From a bacterium (GTDB lineage: Bacteria; Desulfobacterota; DSWW01): a stretch of 61,056 bases of DNA. This document shows, in pieces, positions 8,617-18,614 of this stretch. The stretch covers positions 1 through 61,056 of the forward strand of contig WFRX01000097.1 in NCBI GenBank assembly GCA_015486285.1, read 5' to 3'. Numbering within the stretch: the first letter of the stretch is position 1; the number at the start of each line of letters is the position of its first letter. The notes beneath the pieces are model-generated. The model ran no database searches. It was given only the letters and a program-made list of their open reading frames with translations, and had not been told where the DNA came from. The position numbers and the translations under genes are program-made.

Positions 8617-10122
8617 ATGAGTAAAAAGCTGTTCAGCATGTCATTGATCATTGCCTTTCTGATGTGCATGCCTCTAAGTGCCTCAGCCGAGGAAATCTCG
8701 TTGCGGGAAGGCGGCTTTTATATCACACCCATGGCGGGGGGGATTTTCTACCTCAAGGACAGCGATGTCGACCTGGATCATTGGGGGCTCTTCGGAGGAC
8801 GAATCGGCTATATGCTCACAAGGAAATGGAGCGTGGAGGGTTCCTTCGATTACGGTTTCAGCGAATTCAACGGGCCCTCTCGGTCGGAGGCAGGGTGGGA
8901 CGAACCGTACGACGGCCTCAATGCGAACAATTACTTCATGACGGCGAACGCCCTCTATCATTTCGAGCCGATTCTTTCCGAGCGCTTAAGGCCGTTCGCG
9001 CTCGCCGGCATCGGGGTGGGAACCCTGCAATCGAACATGGACAATACAGGATTCCTGGGGCAAATCGGCGGCGGCGTCCATTACGGCCTCACTGAGAACA
9101 TCCTCTTGCGGGGAGAAGTTCGCGCTCTCTTCGATACGAACCCCTCGATGGTCAACCTGATCGTACAGGTCGGGCCGGCATTCCACTTCGGAGGGGCGGC
9201 CCCGGCTCCCCCGCCTCCACCGCCTCCCGTCTGGAAGGATTTTGACGAGGACGGCGTCCCCGACCATCTCGATAAATGTCCGACCACGCCCAAGGGCTGT
9301 GTCGTCGACAAGGAGGGCTGCCCGCTTGACGCCGATGTAGACGGCGTGTGCGACGGCCTGGATGAGTGCCCCGACACACCGCTCGGCACGGCGGTCGATG
9401 AAAAGGGCTGTCCGGTCCGGGTTAAGAAGGTATCGCTGAGTTGGGCACAGGGTCTCACCTTCGCGCTCGGCAGCGCCAAGCTGACGAAGCAGGCGGAGAA
9501 GGTCCTCATGGACCTGGTGGTACTCGCCAACAAGAATCCGAAGGCGGTGGTCGAGATCGGCGGCTACACGGATTCGACGGGGTCCGCAGTGTTCAACCAG
9601 AGGCTTTCCGAGAAGCGCGCCAAAGCGGTACGGAATTTCATGATACTGAACGGCATTACACCGGACCGGCTCATCGCTGTCGGATACGGCGAGACGAATT
9701 TCGTGGCCACGAACGACACCCCCGAGGGCAGGCAGCAAAACCGCAGGGTGGAGTTCAAGTTCCTCGGTCAGGATGCACTCGGACTGCCGCTGCTCCACTT
9801 CAAGGTCGGGAAGAGCGAGCTGACCGAGAAGTCCAAGAGCGATCTCAACGACATCGCCGAAAAACTGAAGGCGCACCCGAATGTAAGGATAAAAATCACC
9901 GCCTACACCGACTCCTCCGGGTCGCCGGAACTGAACAAACGCCTCTCCTTGAAGAGGGCCATGATGGTCAAGAAGATGCTCGTCGCCAAGGGTGTCGCTC
10001 CGGAGAACCTCAAGGCGGTCGGCCGAGGCGCGAACGACTTCCTGACCACGAACGCGACCAAGGAAGGCAGGCAGATGAACCGGCGCGTTGAGCTCACGAT
10101 CTTCTGGGCCAGCGGCTGGTAA
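8617..10122 (+). CDS. OmpA-family outer-membrane protein (beta-barrel + thrombospondin type-3 repeats + two OmpA_C domains)
   Basis: The ATG at 8617 follows AAGGAGAG and gives a signal peptide (MSKKLFSMSLIIAFLMCMPLSASA). Features are a Pro run, DxDxDGxxDxxDxCP repeats, and two copies of the OmpA C-terminal motif (GYTDSTGS..NQRLSEKRA..NRRVEF; AYTDSSGS..NKRLSLKRA..NRRVEL). Confidence 0.9.
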   Translation: MSKKLFSMSLIIAFLMCMPLSASAEEISLREGGFYITPMAGGIFYLKDSDVDLDHWGLFGGRIGYMLTRKWSVEGSFDYGFSEFNGPSRSEAGWDEPYDGLNANNYFMTANALYHFEPILSERLRPFALAGIGVGTLQSNMDNTGFLGQIGGGVHYGLTENILLRGEVRALFDTNPSMVNLIVQVGPAFHFGGAAPAPPPPPPPVWKDFDEDGVPDHLDKCPTTPKGCVVDKEGCPLDADVDGVCDGLDECPDTPLGTAVDEKGCPVRVKKVSLSWAQGLTFALGSAKLTKQAEKVLMDLVVLANKNPKAVVEIGGYTDSTGSAVFNQRLSEKRAKAVRNFMILNGITPDRLIAVGYGETNFVATNDTPEGRQQNRRVEFKFLGQDALGLPLLHFKVGKSELTEKSKSDLNDIAEKLKAHPNVRIKITAYTDSSGSPELNKRLSLKRAMMVKKMLVAKGVAPENLKAVGRGANDFLTTNATKEGRQMNRRVELTIFWASGW

Positions 10123-10173
10123 GACGGTAAAGGGACCTTTCCCAACAGGGGAGGCTCGAACGGTCGAAAAACC

Positions 10174-10215
10174 AAAACCCGATGACGACCTTGCTTGTCG
10201 TCATCGGGTTTTTTT
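10174..10215. terminator. bidirectional rho-independent terminator
   Basis: AAAACCCGATGACGAC-cttgctt-GTCGTCATCGGGTTTTTTT: a 16-bp perfect stem with an A-tract 5' and a T-tract 3'. It sits between the convergent OmpA-family and MinD-like genes. Confidence 0.75.
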
Positions 10216-10234
10216 GTGCCCTCCCTGCAAAGGG

Positions 10235-11200
10235 CTATGTTCCAGCCAGCGTCGGCCGGGCGGGCGATGGGGCCCCTCCCCATTCGGTGCCGTCCGAGGC
10301 GAAGAGCCTCTTCCAGAAGAACTGCAACGAGCCGACGGGATAGTCCTCCGGGATCGCATCGAGCAACCGGGAGGCGAGCTGACTGAAGGACCGGCTGGAA
10401 GCCGCATCCGGGTAGAGTTCCACGACGGGCTTCTGGGAGCGGACCGCCTCCCGTATCCGCCTGTCGTACGGAATGTTTCCGAAATGTCTCACCGAAACAC
10501 CCAGGAACCTCCGGCATGCCTCTGTAATCCGATCCAGGACTCGGGCCGCTTCGCCCTCCTCCTTCACGGAATTCATCAAGACCTTGAACGTCTTGCGTTG
10601 ATACCGCATGGCCAGAATCTTCATCAGCACATAGGCGTCCGACATGGAGGCGGGTTCAGGGCAGACAACCATGATATTCTCGTGGGAGACGATGTTGAAA
10701 AAGAGCACATTCGGGGAGATGCCCGCCCCGGTATCGATCAGCACCACATCGAAATCCTGTTCGAGCTCTTCGGTCTCGCATAGAAGCCGCAGCTTCTGCT
10801 CCTCTGTCAGGGCGGCAAGTTCCTGCACGCCAAAGCCCGCCGGGAGGACCGTAACCCCTTCCGGCCCCGGGAAAAGCACCTCTTTCATTCGCATCTCCCC
10901 GAAGAGCACATGGGAGATGTTGTACTGCGGAACCAGCCCCAGGAGGATCGGGACGTTGGAAAGGCCGAGGTCCGCATCGAAAACCAGGACGCGCAGGCCC
11001 CTGCGCTGGATCTCGACGGCCAGGTTGATCACCACATTGGTCTTTCCAACTCCGCCCTTTCCGCTGGATATGGCCAGCACATAGGGGCTGGTCCGGGCAA
11101 GGGGCTCGGAAGGGGATGAGAAGGGCCGCACGGTGTTTCCTTGGGATACGGTTTGCACGTTCTCTCCTTCGTGAGATGCAGTTCGTCTCGCGTCCGCCAT
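10235..11200 (-). CDS. MinD/ParA-family P-loop ATPase (FlhG/YlxH-like)
   Basis: Deviant Walker A SSGKGGVGKTNVVINLA, DADLGLSN, VLIDTGAG. Start is either ATG 11200 or ATG 11248. Confidence 0.8.
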   Translation of the reverse strand: MADARRTASHEGENVQTVSQGNTVRPFSSPSEPLARTSPYVLAISSGKGGVGKTNVVINLAVEIQRRGLRVLVFDADLGLSNVPILLGLVPQYNISHVLFGEMRMKEVLFPGPEGVTVLPAGFGVQELAALTEEQKLRLLCETEELEQDFDVVLIDTGAGISPNVLFFNIVSHENIMVVCPEPASMSDAYVLMKILAMRYQRKTFKVLMNSVKEEGEAARVLDRITEACRRFLGVSVRHFGNIPYDRRIREAVRSQKPVVELYPDAASSRSFSQLASRLLDAIPEDYPVGSLQFFWKRLFASDGTEWGGAPSPARPTLAGT

Positions 11201-11446
11201 GCAGGATTTTGCAAGACCTATGCCGCGGAGAGGCGGCTTGCGAGCCATGTGGAAGAGTTCGAAAAACCGTTTGTATTTTCGTTTGTTAGGCGTCTTGTCG
11301 ACAGAAGGCGGGCAAAAAAGGTTCGCTCAGGAAGGGACCCGAAACCCAGGAAGGCGGCAAAGATCTATTCTTCCCGTCAATGCTTTGACTATCTCACAGG
11401 GCATCGGAAAAGGGCCGGCAGCCCCACAACGTACGTACCGGAAACA

Positions 11447-12823
11447 TCAGCGGCCTTCGGATTCGAGGCGTCTTCTCTTGATCTTCTCCACGAGGGTGGT
11501 TCGATTCAGACGCAGAAGATCCGCCGCCTTATTCTTGTTGCCGTGTGTGCGCTGGAGGGCCTGCGTGATCAACTCATTCTCGAATCGAGATACCGCCGTC
11601 CGGAAACAAATCCCTTCCGAAGGCAGGGCCACCGTCGGCGGGGAGACATCCGGCCCCTGATCCATATACCGGTCCCGGATGTCATCGATTTCAATCATGC
11701 CCTCCCCCTTCAGGATCACGAGTCGCTCGATCAGGTTCTCGAGTTCCCGCACGTTCCCGGGCCACGAATAGCCTTTCAGGTAGTTCATTGCATCTTCCGA
11801 AAACCCGAGGATGTCCCCACGCAGCCGCTGATTGAAGCTCTTGAGGAAATGGTCGCAGAGCAGGGGGATGTCTTCGACACGCTCCCGCAAGGGAGGCAAG
11901 TGGATCTGGATGACGTTCAGGCGATAGTACAGGTCCATCCGGAATTTCTTCTCTTCGATCAGCTTGCGCAGATCCTGATGGGTGGCCGCGATCACCCGCA
12001 CATCCACCTGGAGGGTCTTGGTGCTTCCCACCGGCTCGAAGGCCTGCTCCTGGATGACACGCAGCAGCTTGGTCTGCAGATGAGGGCTCATGTCCCCGAT
12101 TTCGTCAAGGAAGATCGTCCCCTTGTCGGCCAGGGAAAAGCGTCCGGGCCGGGAATAGAGGGCCCCTGTAAATGCCCCTTTCACGTGGCCGAACAATTCG
12201 CTCTCGAGCAGATTCTCCGGAATCGACCCGCAGTTGACGGGAACGAGCGGTTTCGCCGCTCGGGGGCTGCCGTCATAAATGGCCCGGGCGACCAGCTCCT
12301 TGCCCGTGCCGCTCTCTCCGGTAATCAGCACCGTGGAGTCCGTCGGGGCCACTCGCTCGATCAGGGAATAGACCGTCTGCATCGCGGGAGAATCCCCAAC
12401 GAGGGCTGAACGCTTTCGCTTTTGTCCGGAACGGCTCAGGTACGAAGTCCGGGACTGTGTCACGGCGGAAGTGGCCAGCTCCAGAACCTCTTCATTGTCA
12501 AAGGGCTTGGTCATGAAATGGAAGGCCCCCTGCTTCATGGCCTCCACAGCCGTTGTAATCTCCCCGTATGCAGTGATCATGACGATGCTCATGCCGGGTT
12601 TTTTACCGCGCAATCTCCGAATCAGCTCCATTCCATCCATTCCCGGCATCTTCAAGTCGACAAAGGCCACGGAGAAGTCCTGCTCTTTGCAGGCCCGCAA
12701 CGCCTCGATCCCGGATCCGCAGGTGGTCACAAGGAAGCCCCTTGTTTCCAGCAGGCGACGTAAGGCCTTCTGCACCACCAGGTCATCATCAACGACCAGA
12801 ATTCTCCCGCCTTCCCTGTTCAT
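11447..12823 (-). CDS. sigma-54-dependent response regulator (NtrC/AtoC family)
   Basis: REC domain (ILVVDDD..FVDLKMPGMDG), AAA+ sigma-54 interaction domain (GESGTGKE, GAFTGA, ESELFGH) and a C-terminal Fis-type HTH. The ATG at 12823 is preceded by GGAGAGGAGAGG. Confidence 0.9.
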   Translation of the reverse strand: MNREGGRILVVDDDLVVQKALRRLLETRGFLVTTCGSGIEALRACKEQDFSVAFVDLKMPGMDGMELIRRLRGKKPGMSIVMITAYGEITTAVEAMKQGAFHFMTKPFDNEEVLELATSAVTQSRTSYLSRSGQKRKRSALVGDSPAMQTVYSLIERVAPTDSTVLITGESGTGKELVARAIYDGSPRAAKPLVPVNCGSIPENLLESELFGHVKGAFTGALYSRPGRFSLADKGTIFLDEIGDMSPHLQTKLLRVIQEQAFEPVGSTKTLQVDVRVIAATHQDLRKLIEEKKFRMDLYYRLNVIQIHLPPLRERVEDIPLLCDHFLKSFNQRLRGDILGFSEDAMNYLKGYSWPGNVRELENLIERLVILKGEGMIEIDDIRDRYMDQGPDVSPPTVALPSEGICFRTAVSRFENELITQALQRTHGNKNKAADLLRLNRTTLVEKIKRRRLESEGR

Positions 12824-12974
12824 GCCTCTCCTCTCCTTGCGGTCTATATCATAAGGAAGCGCCACACAAATGATACCAGAAAGAGCCTCCTCTTTTCCAA
12901 GGGCATCCCCCGGTGCGACTCGTTCCTGCATGGGGACGTCGGCCGACAGCCTCCGAGAGGCACTTGTTCAACAC

Positions 12975-14567
12975 CTAGCTCAAAGGAAATTTCAGCAGAA
13001 AAGTCGTCCCCTTGGCCGTACTGGATGACACCTCGATCGACCCGCCGAGGGATTCCATCAACTTGCGGCAGATGCTCAAACCGAGACCCGTCCCCTCTCC
13101 CGCCCCCTTGGTCGTAAAAAAGGGTTCGAAGATCCGTTCCCGGTCCCGCTGAGGGATGCCGGGGCCCGTGTCCCGCACGGACAGGAAGATATACCGTTGC
13201 CCCCTCTCACTGGCCTGACGGGCCTTCAGACTCAAGAGGCCTCCGGCATCCATCGCATCCCGGGCATTGGAAACCAGGTTGACCAGGACCTGATGAAGCA
13301 GATCCGGATGGATCGGAATCTTCGGGAGGGAAGCCGGCAGATCCAACTCCACCCGGGTCTCCTTGGCTTCCAACTTCGGACGGAGGAGCGAGAGAGCCTG
13401 GTCGGCAACCTCATGCAGGCTGACCGGCTCTGCGGGCGCTGCCTCCGGTTTCCGTGCAAAAGCAAGCAGATCTTCCACGATCTTCTTGCACCGGAGGGCC
13501 GCATGTTCGATGTTTTTCAAGTCTTCCACGTAAGGCAGTCCCGGATCCATCTCCTTCAAGAGAATCTGACTGAAGGAGATGACCCCGCTCAAGGGGTTGT
13601 TCAATTCGTGGGCCACCGCAGCGGCCAACTGGCCGAGCACCCCCATCTTCTCCGCATGTACGAGTTGCTGCTGCATCCGCCTGTATTCCGTGATGTCCTT
13701 TTCATACACCGCTACCGACTCGAGGTTCCCGGACGGATCCAGGATCGGATAACTCCAGGCGTGAAAGACGGCTTCCCGCTCCTGAAACCAGACTTCCGCC
13801 GCGGCTTCCTGCCCCGTCTCCATGGTAACAACGGCAGGACAAGAGGGGCAGACATCACCCTGGGAGGCCAGGAGGGCATAACATTTTTTCCCCTGCAGCT
13901 GCTCTACGGTCACATCGCCCAATTCCGCCAGCCGCCGGTTCCCCCTGCGGACGACAAACTCCCGATCGATGATCATCACCACATCACGGATGGCATCGGC
14001 GGTCCTCTCCCATTCCTTCTTGGCGTGCAACACCTTCTCGAACAAACTCGCCCTGTCCAGGCTTGCGGAAAGCATGTCGGTGCATACGGCGACCACGTTC
14101 AGGTCGTCTTCGTCACAGGCCTTCTCCCGCCCTGCCCCGGCGAAGACGACCCAGCCTTCAGAGCCTGCGCCGCCGGACAATGGGATGGCAACCTGAATAT
14201 TCAGCGAGACGGCGCCCGATGTTCCGCCGACCGCCTGCGCGCGGACCGCCTTGCTTCCCCTTCGCCTGCCCTTCTGAAGCACCCCTTCGAGCAGATCCCT
14301 TTCTTCCTGCAACAAGGCCTGCCACCCGACGATGGTCAAACCCCGGGACTTCCGCTCGCAAAGGAAGACCCGTTTCGGTCGATCCTCCCCTTTCTCGTGA
14401 AAAAGGAAGTACACCTTCTCAAGCCATGGACAAATCGTCCTGAGAACCCCGCAATAAGCGTTGATCTGCTCCTGGGGATGGGCCAGGGTATTCAGTTGCC
14501 TGCCCAGCGCAACCACAACGGCAAGGTAGTCCTTCCCCGGTGTTTCCCGGTAACGTTTTGCACCCAT
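12975..14567 (-). CDS. cytoplasmic PAS-domain sensor histidine kinase
   Basis: HisKA H-box (AAAVAHELNNPL) and HATPase N/G boxes ([27 protein letters not shown]), with a PAS-like region upstream. No TM segment seen. Confidence 0.9.
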   Translation of the reverse strand: MGAKRYRETPGKDYLAVVVALGRQLNTLAHPQEQINAYCGVLRTICPWLEKVYFLFHEKGEDRPKRVFLCERKSRGLTIVGWQALLQEERDLLEGVLQKGRRRGSKAVRAQAVGGTSGAVSLNIQVAIPLSGGAGSEGWVVFAGAGREKACDEDDLNVVAVCTDMLSASLDRASLFEKVLHAKKEWERTADAIRDVVMIIDREFVVRRGNRRLAELGDVTVEQLQGKKCYALLASQGDVCPSCPAVVTMETGQEAAAEVWFQEREAVFHAWSYPILDPSGNLESVAVYEKDITEYRRMQQQLVHAEKMGVLGQLAAAVAHELNNPLSGVISFSQILLKEMDPGLPYVEDLKNIEHAALRCKKIVEDLLAFARKPEAAPAEPVSLHEVADQALSLLRPKLEAKETRVELDLPASLPKIPIHPDLLHQVLVNLVSNARDAMDAGGLLSLKARQASERGQRYIFLSVRDTGPGIPQRDRERIFEPFFTTKGAGEGTGLGLSICRKLMESLGGSIEVSSSTAKGTTFLLKFPLS

Positions 14568-14580
14568 CGCTACGAACCTC

Positions 14581-15462
14581 TCAGGCCTGCACGTGTCGTC
14601 TGTATGCGAGCAGGTCGCTCACCGCCTGCAGGAACCCATCCGGACCAATCCCCGGCAGGAACCGGATCTTCCCGTCTCTCGGGATGTCCGGGTCGTGGCT
14701 GCCGTCGGCCCTGTTTACCAGGTAGGCCCGGTCCACCGCGCGGAGCATCGGCAAGTCGTTGGCGGCATCCCCGACAGCGGCCGTATGTACGCTTCCCGAT
14801 GTCTCTTCATAGCGCTGCGAGACGTATCGCACCGCCTTTCCCTTGTCCGATGCGCCGTGGACGTGAAGGCATCTCCCGCCGCGCGTCAGCCTCATGCCCT
14901 GTTTTTCAACCGCCTCCCGAAATACGGCCAGCCTTTCCGGGTCTGCGTGCCCCTCGATCCAAAAGGTCTCATCGAAATCCCTTCGCCCCGCCAACCTCGC
15001 CTCCTCGAGAGGAAGGCGGGTCCTCCGGGCGATCTCTTCCGGCGTGGACCCGGCGAAGGTGCGAATGTGCAGGCCCGCGATTTCCGCCGCTTCCGTAAGG
15101 ACACCCAGGACGTCTTCGCGGCGGGCCCCGAGAGTGACCTTCCAGAAGTCTCCGGACATCTCTCCTCCCGGAGGCCTTGCCCACTCCCCCGCAGGGAAGA
15201 AAACGCCTCCCCCGTTTTCCGCGATGAAGGGGACCCCCGGATGGGAAGCAAACCGCTCATGATAGAGCCGGATCTCCGCTCCTGTCTTGCTCGAACAGAA
15301 GATGACCGGAATATCCGCCTCCCGGCATCCTTTCAGCGCCTCCAGAGAGGGCCCCGGCTCGTAGGTCTCCCTGTCCAGCAGGGTCCCGTCCAGATCCGTG
15401 AAGAGGATCCAGCGATGCCCGCCCTTCGATTTTCCGATATGGCAACTCCCCTGTGACCTCAT
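14581..15462 (-). CDS. HAD-IIB family phosphatase (mannosyl-/glucosyl-3-phosphoglycerate phosphatase-like)
   Basis: HAD motif I (FTDLDGTLL), motif II (CSSKT) and C-terminal GDAANDLPML. Its stop is only 13 nt upstream of the histidine kinase start. Confidence 0.75.
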   Translation of the reverse strand: MRSQGSCHIGKSKGGHRWILFTDLDGTLLDRETYEPGPSLEALKGCREADIPVIFCSSKTGAEIRLYHERFASHPGVPFIAENGGGVFFPAGEWARPPGGEMSGDFWKVTLGARREDVLGVLTEAAEIAGLHIRTFAGSTPEEIARRTRLPLEEARLAGRRDFDETFWIEGHADPERLAVFREAVEKQGMRLTRGGRCLHVHGASDKGKAVRYVSQRYEETSGSVHTAAVGDAANDLPMLRAVDRAYLVNRADGSHDPDIPRDGKIRFLPGIGPDGFLQAVSDLLAYRRHVQA

Positions 15463-15587
15463 GAATCATTTAGAAATCGCGAAGGTTGCAATGAAAGACC
15501 CTCATATCATATTTTAGGGGGGATAGGAAAGAATAGAGAACATGACGTAAAAGGCCGTTTTTCGACAGGCCCCTGAGGAGGAGAGAA

Positions 15588-16130
15588 ATGAAATCGGTCG
15601 CTGTCCTGCTGGCCCCCGGGTTCGAGGAAATCGAGGCGATCACGGTCATCGACGTGCTTCGCCGTGCCGATATCCAGGTCACCGTGGCGGGCCTCCAGGG
15701 GGGAGAGATTACGGGCTCCCATGAGATCACGGTCCGTTGCGACAAGCCCCTCGAGGCGGTAAGCCCGGAACACTTTGACATGGTCGTCCTGCCGGGCGGG
15801 ATCCCCGGCACGAATCATCTGCGCGAGGATCCAGGGGTCCTGGCCTTTGTGCAGGCAATGGCGACGTCCGGGAAACACACGTGCGCCATCTGTGCGGCAC
15901 CCACCGTGCTCAAGGCGGCGGATGTAGTCCGGGGAAAGGCGGTAACGAGCCATCCGAGCGTGCGGGAGGACCTCCAGGGGTTGGACTATCGGGAGGACCG
16001 GGTCGTGGTCGACGGGTCCGTCGTAACCAGCCGCGGCGCCGGTACGGCCATGGAGTTCGCACTCGAACTGGTGCGCATCCTGGCGGGGCAAGAAAAAGCG
16101 GACCTCCTGGCGGGGATGATGCTCGTATAG
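15588..16130 (+). CDS. DJ-1/PfpI family protein
   Basis: Nucleophile-elbow context AICAAP plus GFEEIEA..DVLRRA, typical of DJ-1/YajL. A GAGGAGGAG SD is present. Confidence 0.9.
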   Translation: MKSVAVLLAPGFEEIEAITVIDVLRRADIQVTVAGLQGGEITGSHEITVRCDKPLEAVSPEHFDMVVLPGGIPGTNHLREDPGVLAFVQAMATSGKHTCAICAAPTVLKAADVVRGKAVTSHPSVREDLQGLDYREDRVVVDGSVVTSRGAGTAMEFALELVRILAGQEKADLLAGMMLV

Positions 16131-16170
16131 TGCAATTTCCCTGTCCCGACTCGATCGACTTGGTCCTCTT

Positions 16171-17583
16171 CTACCCTGTGCCCTTTTCCCTCCACCTGGC
16201 ATAGCGGTACAGCGCTCCGAGGGCGCCGGCGGCCGCCTGGGGCGTGGGAAGGATGGGAGCGCCCGGGAAAAGGGACCGGCTGCACGCCTCCCGCCATTCC
16301 GGATGACCGGGCACGGAAAGGATCACCGGCTTTTCGCGCATCGCCTTCTCCAACAGGGTACCGTCTACGAACATCTCCCCGGCGGCGGCGGGGTCCCCAT
16401 GTAAAACGGGGGCTATCACCGTCCACGGTATGACCGGAAAAGCGATCACGGCATCCACCCCCGGGTCTTGAAACGCCACATCCATGGCCGCCCGAAAGAG
16501 CCCGGAAGGGCCCACATCCAAGGGATTTGCCAGGTTCATCCACGCAGGGGCCTTCTCCCGAAGGGCAGACAGCCCCGAAGGAGAAAGTTCCGCAAAGCCA
16601 AGGCCCTCTTCCACGATGCGATCGGCGGCCATCACGCCCAAAGAGCCCGATGCGGTCACCGTGAGCACCCGCTTTCCCCTGGGCAGCGGGCACAGCGAGA
16701 AAACCTTGGCGGTCTCGAACAGCTCCACCGGGTCGGCTGCGATCCAGACCCCGGCCTGTCGCAGGACATCCTTGTCCAGCCTTCCGAAGCCGGCCATGGA
16801 CCCGGTGTGGCTGCTCGTGGCCATGCGTCCCGCCTCGGTCTGCCCGCCCAGGTAGGCCAGCACCGGTTTTTTCCGGGACACCTCCCGTGCGGTTTCCAGG
16901 AAGTCGCGGCCCCGTCGGATGCTCTCCATGTACAGGACAATGACGCCCGTGTCCGGATCGTCTCCGTAGTAGGCCAGAAAATCCGTCTCGTCCAGGTCCG
17001 CACGGTTTCCGATGGTGGCCACCTTGGCAATCCGCACCTCCTGCGCCGGCGCCCCGTCCAGCAGGATATTGCCGAAGACCCCGCTTTGAGCGACCATCGA
17101 AATGTTCCCCGGCTGGATATCCTTGAGAAGGATTTCGGTCGTACCGAACCCGTTGGGCACATCCACGATCCCGATACAGTTCGGCCCGACCATCCGTATT
17201 CCCGCCTCCCGCACAAGCCGGGTGAGCGAGTCCTGCATCTTCTTTCCTTCCGGCCCGACCTCGGCGAACCCGGCGGTCATGACAATAACGGCCTTCACGC
17301 CCTTTGCAATGCATTCCTTCAGGACCCCTTCCACAAAACGGGCAGGGACCATGATACAGGCAAGGTCGATATCCACCGGCACGTCGCGAATCGAGGGATA
17401 GGCCCGTATGCCTTCGATTTCATCCACCTTGGGGTTCACCGGATAGATCCGGTCCCCCCATCCCAGATCGATCAAGAACCGCGGCAGTCCGTGGCCGAAT
17501 CCGGCGCTCCGGCTCACCCCGACCAAAGCAACCGTGCGGGGGTGATAGAACAGGTCGATCGCCTTTCTCTTCTCTGCATCCAT
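16171..17583 (-). CDS. CoA-binding / succinyl-CoA-synthetase-like alpha-type protein (ADP-forming acyl-CoA synthetase family, no ATP-grasp part)
   Basis: PRTVALVGVS, YPVNP, and MVGPNCIG followed by a ligase-CoA flavodoxin-like region. Starts are possible at 17583 or 17589 (GGAGGAAG-ATGGGCATG). Confidence 0.75.
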   Translation of the reverse strand: MDAEKRKAIDLFYHPRTVALVGVSRSAGFGHGLPRFLIDLGWGDRIYPVNPKVDEIEGIRAYPSIRDVPVDIDLACIMVPARFVEGVLKECIAKGVKAVIVMTAGFAEVGPEGKKMQDSLTRLVREAGIRMVGPNCIGIVDVPNGFGTTEILLKDIQPGNISMVAQSGVFGNILLDGAPAQEVRIAKVATIGNRADLDETDFLAYYGDDPDTGVIVLYMESIRRGRDFLETAREVSRKKPVLAYLGGQTEAGRMATSSHTGSMAGFGRLDKDVLRQAGVWIAADPVELFETAKVFSLCPLPRGKRVLTVTASGSLGVMAADRIVEEGLGFAELSPSGLSALREKAPAWMNLANPLDVGPSGLFRAAMDVAFQDPGVDAVIAFPVIPWTVIAPVLHGDPAAAGEMFVDGTLLEKAMREKPVILSVPGHPEWREACSRSLFPGAPILPTPQAAAGALGALYRYARWREKGTG

Positions 17584-17765
17584 GCCCATCTTCCTCCAGG
17601 GACCGCCGTTCAGGAACAGCCGTTTCCCGTGTTGGGGCTCGGCACCACCAAACACGGGACGACCTCAGGCCCGAAATTGATATCGTTCCCGATTCGCGTC
17701 TCACATCTCACGATTCCCTCGGCGGGTATTGTTTTCCGCTCCCGTGTTCTTGTCCAAGCGAGGCC

Positions 17766-17803
17766 GGGGGATTGCCACGTCGCTTCGCTCTTCGCAATAT
17801 CCC
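17766..17803. repeat. REP-like palindromic element (GGGATTGC..GCAATATCCC family)
   Basis: GGGGGATTGCCACGTCGCTTCGCTCTTCGCAATATCCC. The same family recurs at 20735, 20794, 21613, 21717, 21861, 21940, 59705 and 59846. Confidence 0.7.
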
Positions 17804-17850
17804 ACTTTCCTCCGATCTTGGACACATCATCGTATTGATGTGCCGGAGCG

Positions 17851-18552
17851 CTAGGCCTTCTGCTGCTGCTCCAGGGGGCCGGGAGGCCCCGAGGTCGATT
17901 CGGCGGGATCCTTCTTCCGTGTCAGGGCCCCGACCGGACAAGAGTCGACGCAGCGCATACAGTCGTCGCACTCGGAGTCACCCAGCGGCTCCAGGCGAAA
18001 GGGCGCAACACGCGTCCGCAGGCCCCGGAAAACAAAGTCGAGAACCCCGGACCTGCCGGCCTGGTTGCACACCCAGACACACTTGCCGCACAGGATGCAC
18101 CGGTTCGGGTTCAACACAATGGCCGCGTGGCTGTCGTCAACGGGCGCCTCGGTCGGCAGCTTGCGGAACCGCTTCGGCCGAAGCGAAACCTTCAACGTCC
18201 CGGCCAGCTTCTGGAGAGCGCAGGAACGGTTCCGTGCGCAGTTCTTGCAGTCGAGATCGTGGTGGCTCATCAGGAGTTCGAAGGCGGTCCTTCGCAGCCG
18301 GTCGACCCTTTCCGATCGGGTATGCACACGCATCCCGGCGGCCACAGGCTCGCTGCAGGAGAGCACGGGGAGATCCCTTCCCTCTACTTCCACGAAGCAA
18401 AGCCTGCAGGCCCCGAAGGGCTCTTCCCGTTCCCGCTCTGCACACAGATGAGGAATTTCGATTCCATTGTCCAGCGCGGCCCAGAGGATCTTCTCTCCGG
18501 CCCGGGCCTGCACCGGCTTGTCATCAATGAAGAAGTTTACTTCTGCGCTCAT
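17851..18552 (-). CDS. HoxU / NuoG-N-terminal-like iron-sulfur protein (2Fe-2S + His-ligated 4Fe-4S + two 4Fe-4S), no catalytic domain
   Basis: The plant-type 2Fe-2S region (CAEREREEPFGACRLCFVEV..SC), HHDLDCKNCARNRSC, CILCGKCVWVC and CDDCMRCVDSCP are present. The protein then ends after ~230 aa. The ATG is at 18552. Confidence 0.85.
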   Translation of the reverse strand: MSAEVNFFIDDKPVQARAGEKILWAALDNGIEIPHLCAEREREEPFGACRLCFVEVEGRDLPVLSCSEPVAAGMRVHTRSERVDRLRRTAFELLMSHHDLDCKNCARNRSCALQKLAGTLKVSLRPKRFRKLPTEAPVDDSHAAIVLNPNRCILCGKCVWVCNQAGRSGVLDFVFRGLRTRVAPFRLEPLGDSECDDCMRCVDSCPVGALTRKKDPAESTSGPPGPLEQQQKA

Positions 18553-18614
18553 CGTGTATTCCTCTGAAACCCGGAGTACCGCCGGCCAATTGGATGTCCG
18601 TCCCCTGATCCCTG

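Noticed and set aside
8986-9876. 296-aa minus-strand ORF antisense to the OmpA-family gene
   Set aside because: It is a shadow ORF. The plus strand has a signal peptide, thrombospondin type-3 repeats and two OmpA_C domains.
6792-13000. Search for sigma-54 promoters (TGGCAC-N5-TTGC) near the NtrC-type regulator, FlgM and neighbouring operons
   Set aside because: Only partial matches with wrong spacing were found (for example TGGTATCATTTGTG at ~12870 on the minus strand; TGGCACGTTGGTATT at ~4583 inside a CDS). None is good enough to report.
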